Source of the DNA: Bacteroidota bacterium
GTDB lineage: Bacteria; Bacteroidota; Bacteroidia; NS11-12g; UBA955
Direction of reading: 5' to 3'
DNA: 64,000 nt
Assembly: GCA_947496065.1 (NCBI GenBank)
Contig: CANMBF010000001.1
Span: 5,443-69,442 of the forward strand
Shown here: positions 1 through 9,450 of the stretch, in pieces
Numbering within the stretch: the stretch's first letter is position 1
How the letters are laid out: each line of letters opens with the position of its first letter
Translations under genes and position numbers: made by a program
Notes under the pieces: generated by a model
The model's input: the letters and a program-made list of their open reading frames with translations, nothing else
What the model was told of the DNA's origin: nothing
The model's database searches: none

Positions 1-1
1 A

Positions 2-367
2 TTAGGTGCTTGTGTGATAGAAAAGCATTTTACACTCGATAAGAATTTACCGGGACCCGATCATTTAGCATCGCTCGAGCCTGCAGAACTAAAGCAATTG
101 GTAAGCTCAATAAGGTTAACAGAAAGAATGTTAGGCAGTGCCGAAAAAACGCCTACTGCAAGTGAACTACCCAATAAGGCAGTGGCACGCAAAAGCATTC
201 ATGCGGCTGCAACGCTTAATCAAGGGGATTTATTGACGATGGATAAATTATCTTTTTTACGTCCTGGCATAGGCATTTCACCTATGCAATACAAGGCATT
301 GTTAGGTAAAAAAGTAAAGCATACAATCGAAAAAGGTGCAATTTTAAAATGGGAGGATTTTGAGTAA
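2..367 (+). CDS. neuB: Nonulosonic acid synthase (NeuB/LegI family), C-terminal fragment; the 5' end lies outside the window
   Basis: The frame is open from the window edge (LGACVIEKHFTLDKNLPGPDHLASLEP.EL..LV...). The SAF-domain-like tail (ARKSIHAA..L..GD.L....L.F.RPG.GISP) is typical of sialic/legionaminic acid synthases. Its stop overlaps the next gene's start. Confidence 0.8.
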   Translation, partial: LGACVIEKHFTLDKNLPGPDHLASLEPAELKQLVSSIRLTERMLGSAEKTPTASELPNKAVARKSIHAAATLNQGDLLTMDKLSFLRPGIGISPMQYKALLGKKVKHTIEKGAILKWEDFE

Positions 368-1475
368 ATCAATTGCCATATTAACCAGCTCTAGAGCCGA
401 CTTTGGGATTTATTTGCCTTTGTTAAATCTTTTGAAAAAAGATGCATCTTTCGATTTAAAATTAATTGTTTTTGGCACCCATTTATCAAAATTACATGGC
501 CATACTGTTGATGAAATAATGGCAGAAGGTTTTAATCCAGATTATACTCTCTATGCAGAAATCAATAATAACAGTGCGGAAGATATTGCCAATAATTATG
601 CTGAATACACGCAATTATTTTCAACTTTTTGGGCCAGTCATACTTTTGATTTAGTACTCGCCTTGGGCGATCGTTTTGAAATGGCTGCTGCTGTTCTTGC
701 TGGAATTCCTTATAATGTTAAATTTGGCCATCTACATGCTGGTGAAACCACTTTAGGCGCCATCGATAACATTTACAGACACTGCATTACCTTGGCTTCA
801 TCCATTTGCTTTACCTCAACGCAAATGTATAGCGAACGTGTGCATCAGTTAGTGGAGGCTACTGTTCCCGCAATAAATGTTGGAGCCCTAAGTTTAGATG
901 GATTAGAAAAACTTGAATTGCCAAGCCAAGAAGACCTTGCCCTTAAGTTTAACCTTGATTTTTCTAAGCCGCTCGTCATGGTTGTTTTTCATCCAGAAAC
1001 AGTGGAGTCGAATAAAAATGAATTCTATATTAACGAGGTATTAAAAGCGATTGAATTAATGCCAGAATTTGCTTTTGCTATCAATATGCCGAATACCGAT
1101 ACTGGTGCTGATATTATTCGAAAAGCCATCCTTGATTTCAAAAATAAACACGCGGACAACCAAAGTATTTCTATAATTGAACATTTTGGAAAGCGTAATT
1201 ATTTTGCGTGTTTAAACTTTGCCAACTTACTTATTGGAAATTCTTCAAGTGGTATTATTGAGGCTGCCTCCTTTAATAAATTTGTCATCAACATGGGCGA
1301 TAGACAGAAAGGCCGTGCAAAGAGTGAGAATATAATAGATTTAACGATTGAAACATCATCGATAGTGTCTATGACAAAGCAATTGATAAACTTAGGTCAA
1401 TATTTAGGAAACAATATTTATAAGCATCAGGACCTAGCTGCAACTGCTATCCTCAATACTCTCAAAACATTTTAG
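360..1475 (+). CDS. neuC: UDP-N-acetylglucosamine 2-epimerase, hydrolysing type (NeuC/LegG family)
   Basis: 371 aa with a TTG start. The N-terminus IAILTSSRADFGIYLPLL, the GDRFEMAAAV motif, and HLHAGE.T.GAIDN are hallmarks of NeuC-type epimerases. It is translationally coupled to neuB. Confidence 0.8.
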   Translation: MSKSIAILTSSRADFGIYLPLLNLLKKDASFDLKLIVFGTHLSKLHGHTVDEIMAEGFNPDYTLYAEINNNSAEDIANNYAEYTQLFSTFWASHTFDLVLALGDRFEMAAAVLAGIPYNVKFGHLHAGETTLGAIDNIYRHCITLASSICFTSTQMYSERVHQLVEATVPAINVGALSLDGLEKLELPSQEDLALKFNLDFSKPLVMVVFHPETVESNKNEFYINEVLKAIELMPEFAFAINMPNTDTGADIIRKAILDFKNKHADNQSISIIEHFGKRNYFACLNFANLLIGNSSSGIIEAASFNKFVINMGDRQKGRAKSENIIDLTIETSSIVSMTKQLINLGQYLGNNIYKHQDLAATAILNTLKTF

Positions 1476-1493
1476 TATCTCAAAGACTTGAGG

Positions 1494-1516
1494 GCACTAC
1501 TAAGTAGTGCGTTTTT
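1494..1516 (+). terminator. Rho-independent terminator-like hairpin after neuC
   Basis: GCACTAC-taa-GTAGTGC (7-bp stem) is followed by GTTTTTC. It lies in the 96-bp gap between neuC and the next CDS. Confidence 0.5.
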
Positions 1517-1571
1517 CTGCGCTTTTTCCTTTATCTCAAAAAAATATTACCTTCGCCCAATAAGGTAAACA

Positions 1572-2615
1572 ATGTCCCAAGTTAACGCCCACTCTATACA
1601 TATCAATAGCAGTATCCATCAAGCCATGCAGCAGCTCGAGGTTTTAAGCCCTGTGCTAATTCTTTTTGCTGTTGATGATGACAACAAACTGAAGGGTGTA
1701 TTGACGGATGGCGATATCAGAAGATTTTTGACCAAAGGTGGAAATATGCAACACGATATTTCAACCGCTATTAATGGCCATTTTCTTGCTTTAATAGAAG
1801 ATCAATATTCAATTCAAGACATTCTATCTATCAAAGAAAAACAAATTGATTTTGTGCCAGTCATCAATGCACAAAACCAATTAGTTGATATATTAAATCT
1901 CAAAACGCATAAAAGCAGATTGCCTCTACAAGCAGTTATCATGGCTGGAGGAAAAGGCGAACGCTTAATGCCTCTGACTGAGAATATGCCTAAACCACTT
2001 TTGAAAGTTGGCAACAAAGCCATTATTCAATACAATGTCGATTTGTTAAACCAATATGGTATTAAGAAAATTGTCATTACAATTAATTATTTGGGTTCGT
2101 TGATTCGTCAGTATTTTGATACAACCAATCAAAATGATGAGGTATTTATGGTTGAAGAACCAGCGCCACTCGGCACCATTGGTTCCTTAGCACTGGCTAA
2201 AAAACACATTACAAAAGATGTGTTATTAATGAACAGCGACCTACTAACCAATATTGATTTGGAAGCTTTTTATACGCATTTTATCGAGCAAGGTGCCGAT
2301 ATAGCAGTAGCTTGTATTCCTTACAACGTTGAGATACCTTATGGTGTAATGGAAACAGAAAATCACCAAATCAAAACAGTAAAAGAAAAGCCAACCTATA
2401 CCTTTTATTCTAACGCAGGTATCTATTTAATCAAACACGATTTGTTAAATGCCATTCGCGAAAACGAAAGATTAGATGCCACAACTTTTATAGAAAATTG
2501 CATAGCAGACGGTAAAAAAGTAGTATCATATCCACTGCTATCCTATTGGTTAGACATAGGCAAACACGAAGATTTTCAGAAGGCACAAACAGATGTTTTA
2601 CAACTCATAAAATGA
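1572..2615 (+). CDS. CBS-domain sugar-phosphate nucleotidyltransferase (PtmE-like, as found in legionaminic acid loci)
   Basis: 347 aa. The N-terminal ~110 aa look like a CBS pair (GVLTDGDIRRFL). Then comes IMAGGKGERLMPLT...PKPLL, the NTP-transferase G-rich loop. Confidence 0.7.
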   Translation: MSQVNAHSIHINSSIHQAMQQLEVLSPVLILFAVDDDNKLKGVLTDGDIRRFLTKGGNMQHDISTAINGHFLALIEDQYSIQDILSIKEKQIDFVPVINAQNQLVDILNLKTHKSRLPLQAVIMAGGKGERLMPLTENMPKPLLKVGNKAIIQYNVDLLNQYGIKKIVITINYLGSLIRQYFDTTNQNDEVFMVEEPAPLGTIGSLALAKKHITKDVLLMNSDLLTNIDLEAFYTHFIEQGADIAVACIPYNVEIPYGVMETENHQIKTVKEKPTYTFYSNAGIYLIKHDLLNAIRENERLDATTFIENCIADGKKVVSYPLLSYWLDIGKHEDFQKAQTDVLQLIK

Positions 2616-3301
2616 ACTTATTCCTAATACCTGCAAGAGGGGGTTCCAAAGGTTTACCTGGTAAAAATATCAAACCATTGAGCGGCAAACCACTCATTAT
2701 TCACTCACTTGAATTTGCTCATCAATGTAAAAATGAAGAAGACATTGTTTTGTTATCTACTGATGATAATGAGATTAAAGCGGTTGCGGAACAATACGGA
2801 TTCACGGTTCCTTTTTTAAGACCCGCTGAACTGGCTTCTGACACAGCATCAGTCGAAGAAGCAATTCACTTTGCAATTGAGGAATACAAAAAACAAGGAC
2901 TTACTTTTAATAAAATAATTCTTTTACAACCCACTTCTCCCTTCCGAAATATGCAACATTACCAAGACATGTTAGCATTGCACAATGGGGAAACCGAAAT
3001 GGTGGTGAGTGTTTCATTGAGCAAACAAAATCCCTATTTCAATCTTTTTGAAGAGCAAGCAAATGGATACTTAACCTTGTCTAAAAAAAGTGATTTTGCA
3101 AGAAGACAAGATTGCCCTGACGTTTACCAATACAATGGCAATATTTATATCATCGATGTAAACGCATTGATTTCAAAAAAACGGGTGGTCTATTTCGATA
3201 AAATAAAGAAATACGTGATAGGACCTGAATACGCTATTGATATAGATACAGAATTAGACTTTAAATTTGCAGAAGAAATAGCGAAAAACAACCATGGATA
3301 A
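2612..3301 (+). CDS. neuA: CMP-nonulosonic acid synthetase (acylneuraminate cytidylyltransferase, NeuA/LegF family)
   Basis: I chose the start at ATG 2612, in an ATGA overlap with the upstream stop. MNLFLIPARGGSKGLPGKNIKPL is the CMP-sugar synthetase P-loop-like motif. The longer track ORF (2546) overlaps the upstream gene. Confidence 0.8.
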   Translation: MNLFLIPARGGSKGLPGKNIKPLSGKPLIIHSLEFAHQCKNEEDIVLLSTDDNEIKAVAEQYGFTVPFLRPAELASDTASVEEAIHFAIEEYKKQGLTFNKIILLQPTSPFRNMQHYQDMLALHNGETEMVVSVSLSKQNPYFNLFEEQANGYLTLSKKSDFARRQDCPDVYQYNGNIYIIDVNALISKKRVVYFDKIKKYVIGPEYAIDIDTELDFKFAEEIAKNNHG

Positions 3302-4094
3302 AAGTTTTAATGCCTCTTACACCGACTATTGGGCCGAGCGAGTGAAACAACTTTCTGACGGAACAAAGATTGCTGATGATGGTATTGTTGAACTTTTTTT
3401 GCCCCTTTTAAAAATTGATAAAAATGACTGGCTCTTGGACATGGGCTGCAGTTATGGTCGCTTTTTTCCTTTGCTTTCTAAATATTCCAACCATGTTGTT
3501 GGCATCGATATTGAGGCTAGCGCCATTGAAAGAGCTTCAGAATATGAATATCAAGAGTTAGCAGTTGGAGCATTAGAGAATTTGCCTTTTTCAGATGAAA
3601 GTTTTGATAAAGCTTTTTGTTGGGCAACCTTTGATTGTACTGAGCAAGAACAAGCCTTGCTAGAAGCCAATAGAATTTTAAAATTTGGTGGTTCTCTATT
3701 GCTTACCGGAAAAAATATCGCCTATCCAGAAGATGATGCTGTAGCTTTTATCGCAGAACGGAATGCAAAACTCAAAGCCTTCCCTAACCATTTTACAGAT
3801 ATTAAAAAATTATATGCTTTAAGTACACAATTTGGATTTGAAATTACGCATGGCTTTGTTTTTAAATACCGCGGTGATTTTGGTCTAGCCAAGGCAGTGC
3901 CAATTGACGAAGCCGTCTTAAATTCGCCATTTTATGAATATCTATTAGTCCTTAAAAAAACTGATTCACATAATAATTTAACAGATTTAATTTGTGATAC
4001 ATTTTCTCTCACTGCTAAAGGATTCGCTCAAACAGAAGGCTATACAGATTTGATTGAATTTTTTAAAATGCATCAAGAAAAAAACGGTATATAA
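3294..4094 (+). CDS. Class I SAM-dependent methyltransferase
   Basis: 266 aa. Motif I is LLDMGCSYGRF, followed by a downstream acidic loop and FDKAFCWATF. It overlaps neuA by 8 nt. Confidence 0.65.
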   Translation: MDKSFNASYTDYWAERVKQLSDGTKIADDGIVELFLPLLKIDKNDWLLDMGCSYGRFFPLLSKYSNHVVGIDIEASAIERASEYEYQELAVGALENLPFSDESFDKAFCWATFDCTEQEQALLEANRILKFGGSLLLTGKNIAYPEDDAVAFIAERNAKLKAFPNHFTDIKKLYALSTQFGFEITHGFVFKYRGDFGLAKAVPIDEAVLNSPFYEYLLVLKKTDSHNNLTDLICDTFSLTAKGFAQTEGYTDLIEFFKMHQEKNGI

Positions 4095-4097
4095 CTG

Positions 4098-5441
4098 ATG
4101 AATAAACCAACCGTACATATTGTTCACCATGTAGATACCGAAGGGCCCATGTGCGAGCCTTTAGATGAATTATTTGAGCGCATACAAAATACATTAGGTT
4201 ACCCAATAAATTTAGCCCCTAGTAAAGAAAATTTACAATTGCTTCAATCGCAAGACTATGTTTTTGTGAATGCTGAAGTTGATCAACTTCTGAAGAAATT
4301 AATAGATTCAAAACTTCTTAATTTCAAAAATACGTGGGAAGAAGTCGACGAGATGTTGGATAGAATTTTGGTGCCAGCCTACAGAAACAAATTCGAAGAC
4401 AGTTTTGGAAAAGGTTGGATTTACAATTGGCATTTGCTCGATCACGTCGGTTTTGAAACCAATCCCAGATATAGAATATTAGGTTATAGTGGTATTTTCA
4501 ATTTGTATAAAACCAAACTTGAAAAACTGAATATTCAACAAGATGCACTGCAATGGCACTTCCATCCAATACCGTTTAATAAGGCAGCCCATACAAGTGC
4601 TATTTCCTACATGAACAGCGCCTATGAATTGCAGCAGGTAATGTGCAGAAGATTGATTGACCATAACTGGTTTCCAGTGGTGAACCGCGCAGGCTTCCAT
4701 ACGGTAAGGCCAGATATTAATTGGTGGCTAGAGCAATGGTTGCCGTTCGATGCTAGCAATCAAGCCATGATAACAGATAATACAGGTTTTAACGATAATA
4801 TCAATGGTCGTTTTGGTGATTGGCGCGGAGCACCTGATGATTGGAGCTTATACAATCCTGACTTATACGATTGGCGAAAAAAAGGTACACTGAAACGCAC
4901 AATCTCAAGGTGTTTAAATATGAACACACGCTTTCGTAACATTGATAATAATGAACTGAGCCGTGCTTTCAAACTAGCCGAAACATCTGGTAAAGATGTT
5001 TATGTTGGAATTACCAACCACGATTTTAGAGAAATGTCTGTTGAAATCGAATCATTTTATGAATTATTGAAGAAGGTAGCTGCTAATTATAAAAATGTCA
5101 ATTTTGCGTTTTCAGATACCATTACCGCTTTCAGAAATGCAATAGGCTTTACGGAAAAAGAAGTGGTCGACAATAACCTTGAGTTTAAATTAGAATTAAA
5201 TGGTGATACTTTAAAAATTCAAGTGATCAATGGCGAACTTTTTGGAGCCCAGCCCTTCATTGGCCTTTTAACAAAAGATGGCAGATACTTGACAGACAAC
5301 TTCAACTGGGGCGAGCCAGGTAGTCAATCTTATTTTTATACATTTGATTTTCTAACCATACCACTAGAAAACATAACGACAATTGCAGTTGCATCGAATG
5401 ACAAATACGGCAATACCTGCATTAGAAGGATTGATTTATGA
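4098..5441 (+). CDS. Hypothetical protein of unknown function in the polysaccharide locus
   Basis: 447-aa ORF, tightly packed in the operon. The N-terminal VHIVHHVDTEGP resembles metal-dependent carbohydrate esterase or glycosidase starts, but I cannot assign a family. Confidence 0.6.
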   Translation: MNKPTVHIVHHVDTEGPMCEPLDELFERIQNTLGYPINLAPSKENLQLLQSQDYVFVNAEVDQLLKKLIDSKLLNFKNTWEEVDEMLDRILVPAYRNKFEDSFGKGWIYNWHLLDHVGFETNPRYRILGYSGIFNLYKTKLEKLNIQQDALQWHFHPIPFNKAAHTSAISYMNSAYELQQVMCRRLIDHNWFPVVNRAGFHTVRPDINWWLEQWLPFDASNQAMITDNTGFNDNINGRFGDWRGAPDDWSLYNPDLYDWRKKGTLKRTISRCLNMNTRFRNIDNNELSRAFKLAETSGKDVYVGITNHDFREMSVEIESFYELLKKVAANYKNVNFAFSDTITAFRNAIGFTEKEVVDNNLEFKLELNGDTLKIQVINGELFGAQPFIGLLTKDGRYLTDNFNWGEPGSQSYFYTFDFLTIPLENITTIAVASNDKYGNTCIRRIDL

Positions 5442-6823
5442 GTGAACAGGTAGACATATTAAATTTTGAATTTTCAACCAGAGGTATCAGGGATATTGGT
5501 ATCGTTGAGCCTTCACTTTCCTACCTAGAATTAAAATACAAACTTAAAATTGTGAGAGCTTGTATCTCCGATAATTTTTGTGCACTTATAAAAAAATACA
5601 AACCAAGTCTTATCGTTACCTCAAATGGTATTGGAACCGTTAACCATCATGAAATGGTTAAGTACGCCAGTTTGAAGGGTATTAAAGTGATTACCTTCAT
5701 CTCTGAAGGTGATATGGTAGACATAAAGGAAAATGTAGAAATACTGTTTTGGGGCAACAATAAAGACAAAGTTTTTTACGAACATGCCAACCTGCAATGG
5801 TCTGAAAAAAACATTCAACTCATTCTTAAACACATTTCTGAAGCAAAAGAATACAACTTGTTTTGCGCTGGTGGTACTGGATTTGACCGCTATCAGTTTT
5901 TACAACTAAAATCGAAAACAACTTTTTATTCTCAATACCCACAATTTAAACATTACAAAAAAATTATTGGGTTAGCGGGCTTTCCATTTTACTTTTTTTT
6001 AAGTGATTTATATAAAAAAGATGGGCAATGGAATAATATGCACCTCGATCACGATGCCTGTGATACCATGGCCGCCCAAAAAGAACCCTTGCGATTAATG
6101 TACCATGAACTTGTTAAAAACAATCCTGATACATTGTTCATTTTAAAATACCATCCTTCTGATATCATGCAAGAATTGAGTGAATTTTATCAACTCAATC
6201 AATATGAAAATACACTTTCCATTTTCAGAGAAGAAAATATTGACGATGTGATTAATATCTCAGATTTATGGATAGGCTTCGAATCAACTACTTGTTTAGA
6301 GGCTTGGTTGATAGGCAAAACAACCTTCATAGCCAACCCCGAGAACGTTCCTTTTGTGCGCTCTATAATTTCTTCTGGTAGTCCACATTATGGCAGTTAT
6401 GAAAGCTTAAATGCTGCCATCAAAGCTTTTTTTGAGAGTGGTCATTCAAATGATTTTGAAAACCTTAAAAGAGAAAGAGACAATGCCATTGCACAAGTTA
6501 TTGGATTTGGCGATGGTCTGAATCACAAGCGAGCAGGCGACTTTATTTATAACGCCCTTAGTGAAAAGAGTAAAGCGCGCAAAGAAGACACTGATTTTAT
6601 TGCTGCCATTGAAAAAAAATATGCAAGCATGGATTTTAGAAAAAAAATGAGAAGTATCCTTTACAAAACACCGCTCATATTCATTCCTAAAATAAAAAAA
6701 GAGTACTTGAAAGATCAGCAAAAAGCCAATGAATTTACAACTGAAAAACGCGAAGCTTTTGCAAGTTTATACCGAAATTCATTGATTGAATTTTATAAAA
6801 TAAATAACATTCACCTTAATTGA
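5438..6823 (+). CDS. Hypothetical protein; possible GT-B 'HP-motif' (sialyl/Kdo/glycerophosphate-type) transferase
   Basis: 461 aa with a 4-nt overlap on the previous gene. FILKYHPSD followed by a ...GFESTTCLEAWL... arrangement resembles the HP and S/T motifs of capsule/NulO transferases. The family assignment is tentative. Confidence 0.55.
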   Translation: MSEQVDILNFEFSTRGIRDIGIVEPSLSYLELKYKLKIVRACISDNFCALIKKYKPSLIVTSNGIGTVNHHEMVKYASLKGIKVITFISEGDMVDIKENVEILFWGNNKDKVFYEHANLQWSEKNIQLILKHISEAKEYNLFCAGGTGFDRYQFLQLKSKTTFYSQYPQFKHYKKIIGLAGFPFYFFLSDLYKKDGQWNNMHLDHDACDTMAAQKEPLRLMYHELVKNNPDTLFILKYHPSDIMQELSEFYQLNQYENTLSIFREENIDDVINISDLWIGFESTTCLEAWLIGKTTFIANPENVPFVRSIISSGSPHYGSYESLNAAIKAFFESGHSNDFENLKRERDNAIAQVIGFGDGLNHKRAGDFIYNALSEKSKARKEDTDFIAAIEKKYASMDFRKKMRSILYKTPLIFIPKIKKEYLKDQQKANEFTTEKREAFASLYRNSLIEFYKINNIHLN

Positions 6824-8301
6824 GTAATACAGACATTCATAGTGGCAGTTGGGCAAAATCTATTTTTAAAGTAGGCAAATGGTATGTGTTGGCGAGTCTT
6901 TTAGTGAAAGGCATTAATGCCTTTACACTGCCTATTTTTACCCATTACATGTCGCCTTCTGAAATGGGAATTTACAACAGTATTAATTCACTGAAAGCCT
7001 TTATTCCCCTTATCATTTCATTAGGTCTTGATGGCGCTTTCATTCGTTTTTTTCATGAGTACAAAAAAGACCATCAGAAGCTCGCCTCAATGTTTTCGAG
7101 TACTTTTTGGTTTGTACTGTTTTTCGGTTCTGTGGCCTGTGTACTTCTATTTTTTGGTCTTAAGCATTACCATCAGGATTACAATCCCCTTTCAATTGCC
7201 TTGGCCGTTTTTCCGCCTATCTTTTTCCAATTGGGCATGTTGGGCATTGCTTTTTTCAATCAAAGTCTTGAGTCATATAAAACCACCTTATTTCAAATCA
7301 TTTCAACATTGATTGGCGTTGGTTTTTCAATCTACTTTGTTGTAAGCCTAAACAGTGGTGTGCAAGGCCGATTGATTGGCGATAGTATCATTGCGTTAAT
7401 TTTAATGCTGATGGTGATTATCTATTTCGTAAGAAACAATATTCTACAATTCAAATTTGATAAAGCTTACATTAAAACTGCTTTGTTATTCTCACTGCCT
7501 TTATTACCTGTTAGCTTATCGGCATGGGTGAATACACAAAGTTCGTTATTAATTATACAAAGATATTTTCCTGGTCAGTCTGTTGCGGGTTTATTCGGCT
7601 TAGCTACGAGTGTTGCATTGTTAATGTATTACGCCATCGATGCCATTACCCAAGTGTTAAATCCTGTGGTGATGAGTGGCTTAATCAACGACAGATTGCG
7701 CACCCATCAAAAAATACGAGAACTGATGTTAATGTTTACGGTGGTTATTCTTTTTATCCATTTATTAATCGTCTATTTTTCTAAAGAATTGGTGATTGTT
7801 TTCACAGCCAACGCACAAGCTTATAAAAGTGCTTACTTGTTTATTGCACCCTTGTGCATCACCTACATGTTTGGCATCTATCATCGACTTTTCACGACAG
7901 TTATCAGTTTTCACAAGAAAAACATTTACATCACTTATGCGGTTATTGCAGGTGCTATCTGCATGTTCATGTGCAATATTGTATTATTGCCACTCTATGG
8001 GCCTAAAATTGCCATTGTTTCACAAATTATTGGTACACTCATCATGGTAGGTTTAGAATTTTATTTTGCACGCAAACTCGAGCACATTAAATTTGGCTTA
8101 ATCCGTTACTGGCCATTTCTACTTATATACTTTTTGGGTGTTGCCCTATTTTATGGCTATCTAAACGTTGATACCCACTTTATACAAACCCTAGTTTTAA
8201 AAATCGGCATTGTAACAGTCGTTGGTTTACTTTTCATCTATTTTGGAAATTATATCCAACCGCTCAAAGAATTTTTAAAACGAAAATTAAAATTGAATTA
8301 A
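6820..8301 (+). CDS. wzx: MOP-superfamily polysaccharide flippase (Wzx-like)
   Basis: 493 aa with a TTG start. The sequence is hydrophobic throughout and I estimate about 12-14 predicted TM helices. This is the typical position for a flippase in an O-antigen/capsule locus. Confidence 0.7.
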   Translation: MSNTDIHSGSWAKSIFKVGKWYVLASLLVKGINAFTLPIFTHYMSPSEMGIYNSINSLKAFIPLIISLGLDGAFIRFFHEYKKDHQKLASMFSSTFWFVLFFGSVACVLLFFGLKHYHQDYNPLSIALAVFPPIFFQLGMLGIAFFNQSLESYKTTLFQIISTLIGVGFSIYFVVSLNSGVQGRLIGDSIIALILMLMVIIYFVRNNILQFKFDKAYIKTALLFSLPLLPVSLSAWVNTQSSLLIIQRYFPGQSVAGLFGLATSVALLMYYAIDAITQVLNPVVMSGLINDRLRTHQKIRELMLMFTVVILFIHLLIVYFSKELVIVFTANAQAYKSAYLFIAPLCITYMFGIYHRLFTTVISFHKKNIYITYAVIAGAICMFMCNIVLLPLYGPKIAIVSQIIGTLIMVGLEFYFARKLEHIKFGLIRYWPFLLIYFLGVALFYGYLNVDTHFIQTLVLKIGIVTVVGLLFIYFGNYIQPLKEFLKRKLKLN

Positions 8302-8302
8302 A

Positions 8303-9448
8303 ATGAGCACCATTTATTTTATAACACGTTCCTTTACAAATGTTGGTACTTCGAGTGGTGGTGGCGCCCTCGCAAGGCAAGCACAAGTAGATGTTCTGAG
8401 GGCATGCGGTTATAATGTAAAAGTAGTCGTACCTAATCCAGATGGACCAACTTACGAGGAAAATGATATCATTTATATTGGTTTCAAACGTTATAAAAAA
8501 TTTTGGAGCGGCTTAGAGAAAATTGGTATCATAGGCGATGCCTTTTACCCTTGGGTATTGGCCATTCACAAATACTTAAGAACACGCGTTACAGTTACAG
8601 ATTATATCTTGTCTGTTACAGGTGGTTCTTTAGATACTTTTTTAGTTGGAAAAAAATTGAAAGAAAGCAATGGTTGTAAATTAATTCTAAGCTATCACGA
8701 CCCTATTAATTACACCACCTTTAATGGCCTAGTGGTAAACAAACAATACATTTTCAAGAAAGATCATTTTGAAAAAAACATATTAGCCTCGGCCGATTTA
8801 ATTTTTACTTCTTCCAATACTTTTAAAGCAGCATTAATTAAAAAATATCCTTTCATAAGTAACAGGATACATAATTTTTATTTTGGGTATAACGACCCAC
8901 AATCAACCGATTCAAAAACATTTCAATTCCCCCTCAATATTGCCTATGCTGGTTCTTTTAATGCACACCAGTCGCCAGAAATTTTAAATAAAGTAGCGCA
9001 TAATATCACCAATTATAACATGTTGTTTTTGGGTTACTATCAAAATTATGAACCCATTAAACCCTATATCAATGAAAAGGAATTTTTAGGTTCGCTCGAT
9101 CATAAAGCATTTTTAAAATTTGCAAAAGAAAAAATTGACATTGGATTTGTGAGCCTCACCAACAACTATTTAGCCGCTTGTTTCCCTTCCAAAATTTTCG
9201 AATACATCAACCTTGGTCTTCCAATATTAGGGGCCTTGCCCAATAGCGATGCCATGGATTTTATAAATCAAAATGGCATAGGAAAAGCCTTCCATTTCAC
9301 CGAAATAGAAGCCATGCAAGATTATCTCAAACATTTAACTTTAGAAGAATTAGCTGTACAAAGAGAAAAGGTTTTGAAACTAAAAGAGCACTTATACTTT
9401 AAAGAAACCTTAGGTGGAATGTGCGAGCAAATTAAAAATTTGAGTTAA
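8303..9448 (+). CDS. Glycosyltransferase (GT-B fold, GT4-like)
   Basis: 381 aa. The C-terminal half has a P.K.FEY...G.PI motif, similar to the E-x7-E region of GT4 enzymes. The operon context also supports the call. Confidence 0.6.
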   Translation: MSTIYFITRSFTNVGTSSGGGALARQAQVDVLRACGYNVKVVVPNPDGPTYEENDIIYIGFKRYKKFWSGLEKIGIIGDAFYPWVLAIHKYLRTRVTVTDYILSVTGGSLDTFLVGKKLKESNGCKLILSYHDPINYTTFNGLVVNKQYIFKKDHFEKNILASADLIFTSSNTFKAALIKKYPFISNRIHNFYFGYNDPQSTDSKTFQFPLNIAYAGSFNAHQSPEILNKVAHNITNYNMLFLGYYQNYEPIKPYINEKEFLGSLDHKAFLKFAKEKIDIGFVSLTNNYLAACFPSKIFEYINLGLPILGALPNSDAMDFINQNGIGKAFHFTEIEAMQDYLKHLTLEELAVQREKVLKLKEHLYFKETLGGMCEQIKNLS

Positions 9449-9450
9449 TA

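Noticed and set aside
7028-8050. Same-strand alternative-frame ORFs inside the flippase gene (7028-7312, 7524-7784, 7796-8050), inside MBOAT (12775-13095) and inside the M16 gene (53705-53890)
   Set aside because: These are out-of-frame overlaps within genes whose main frame carries the family motifs. There is no independent start context or promoter.
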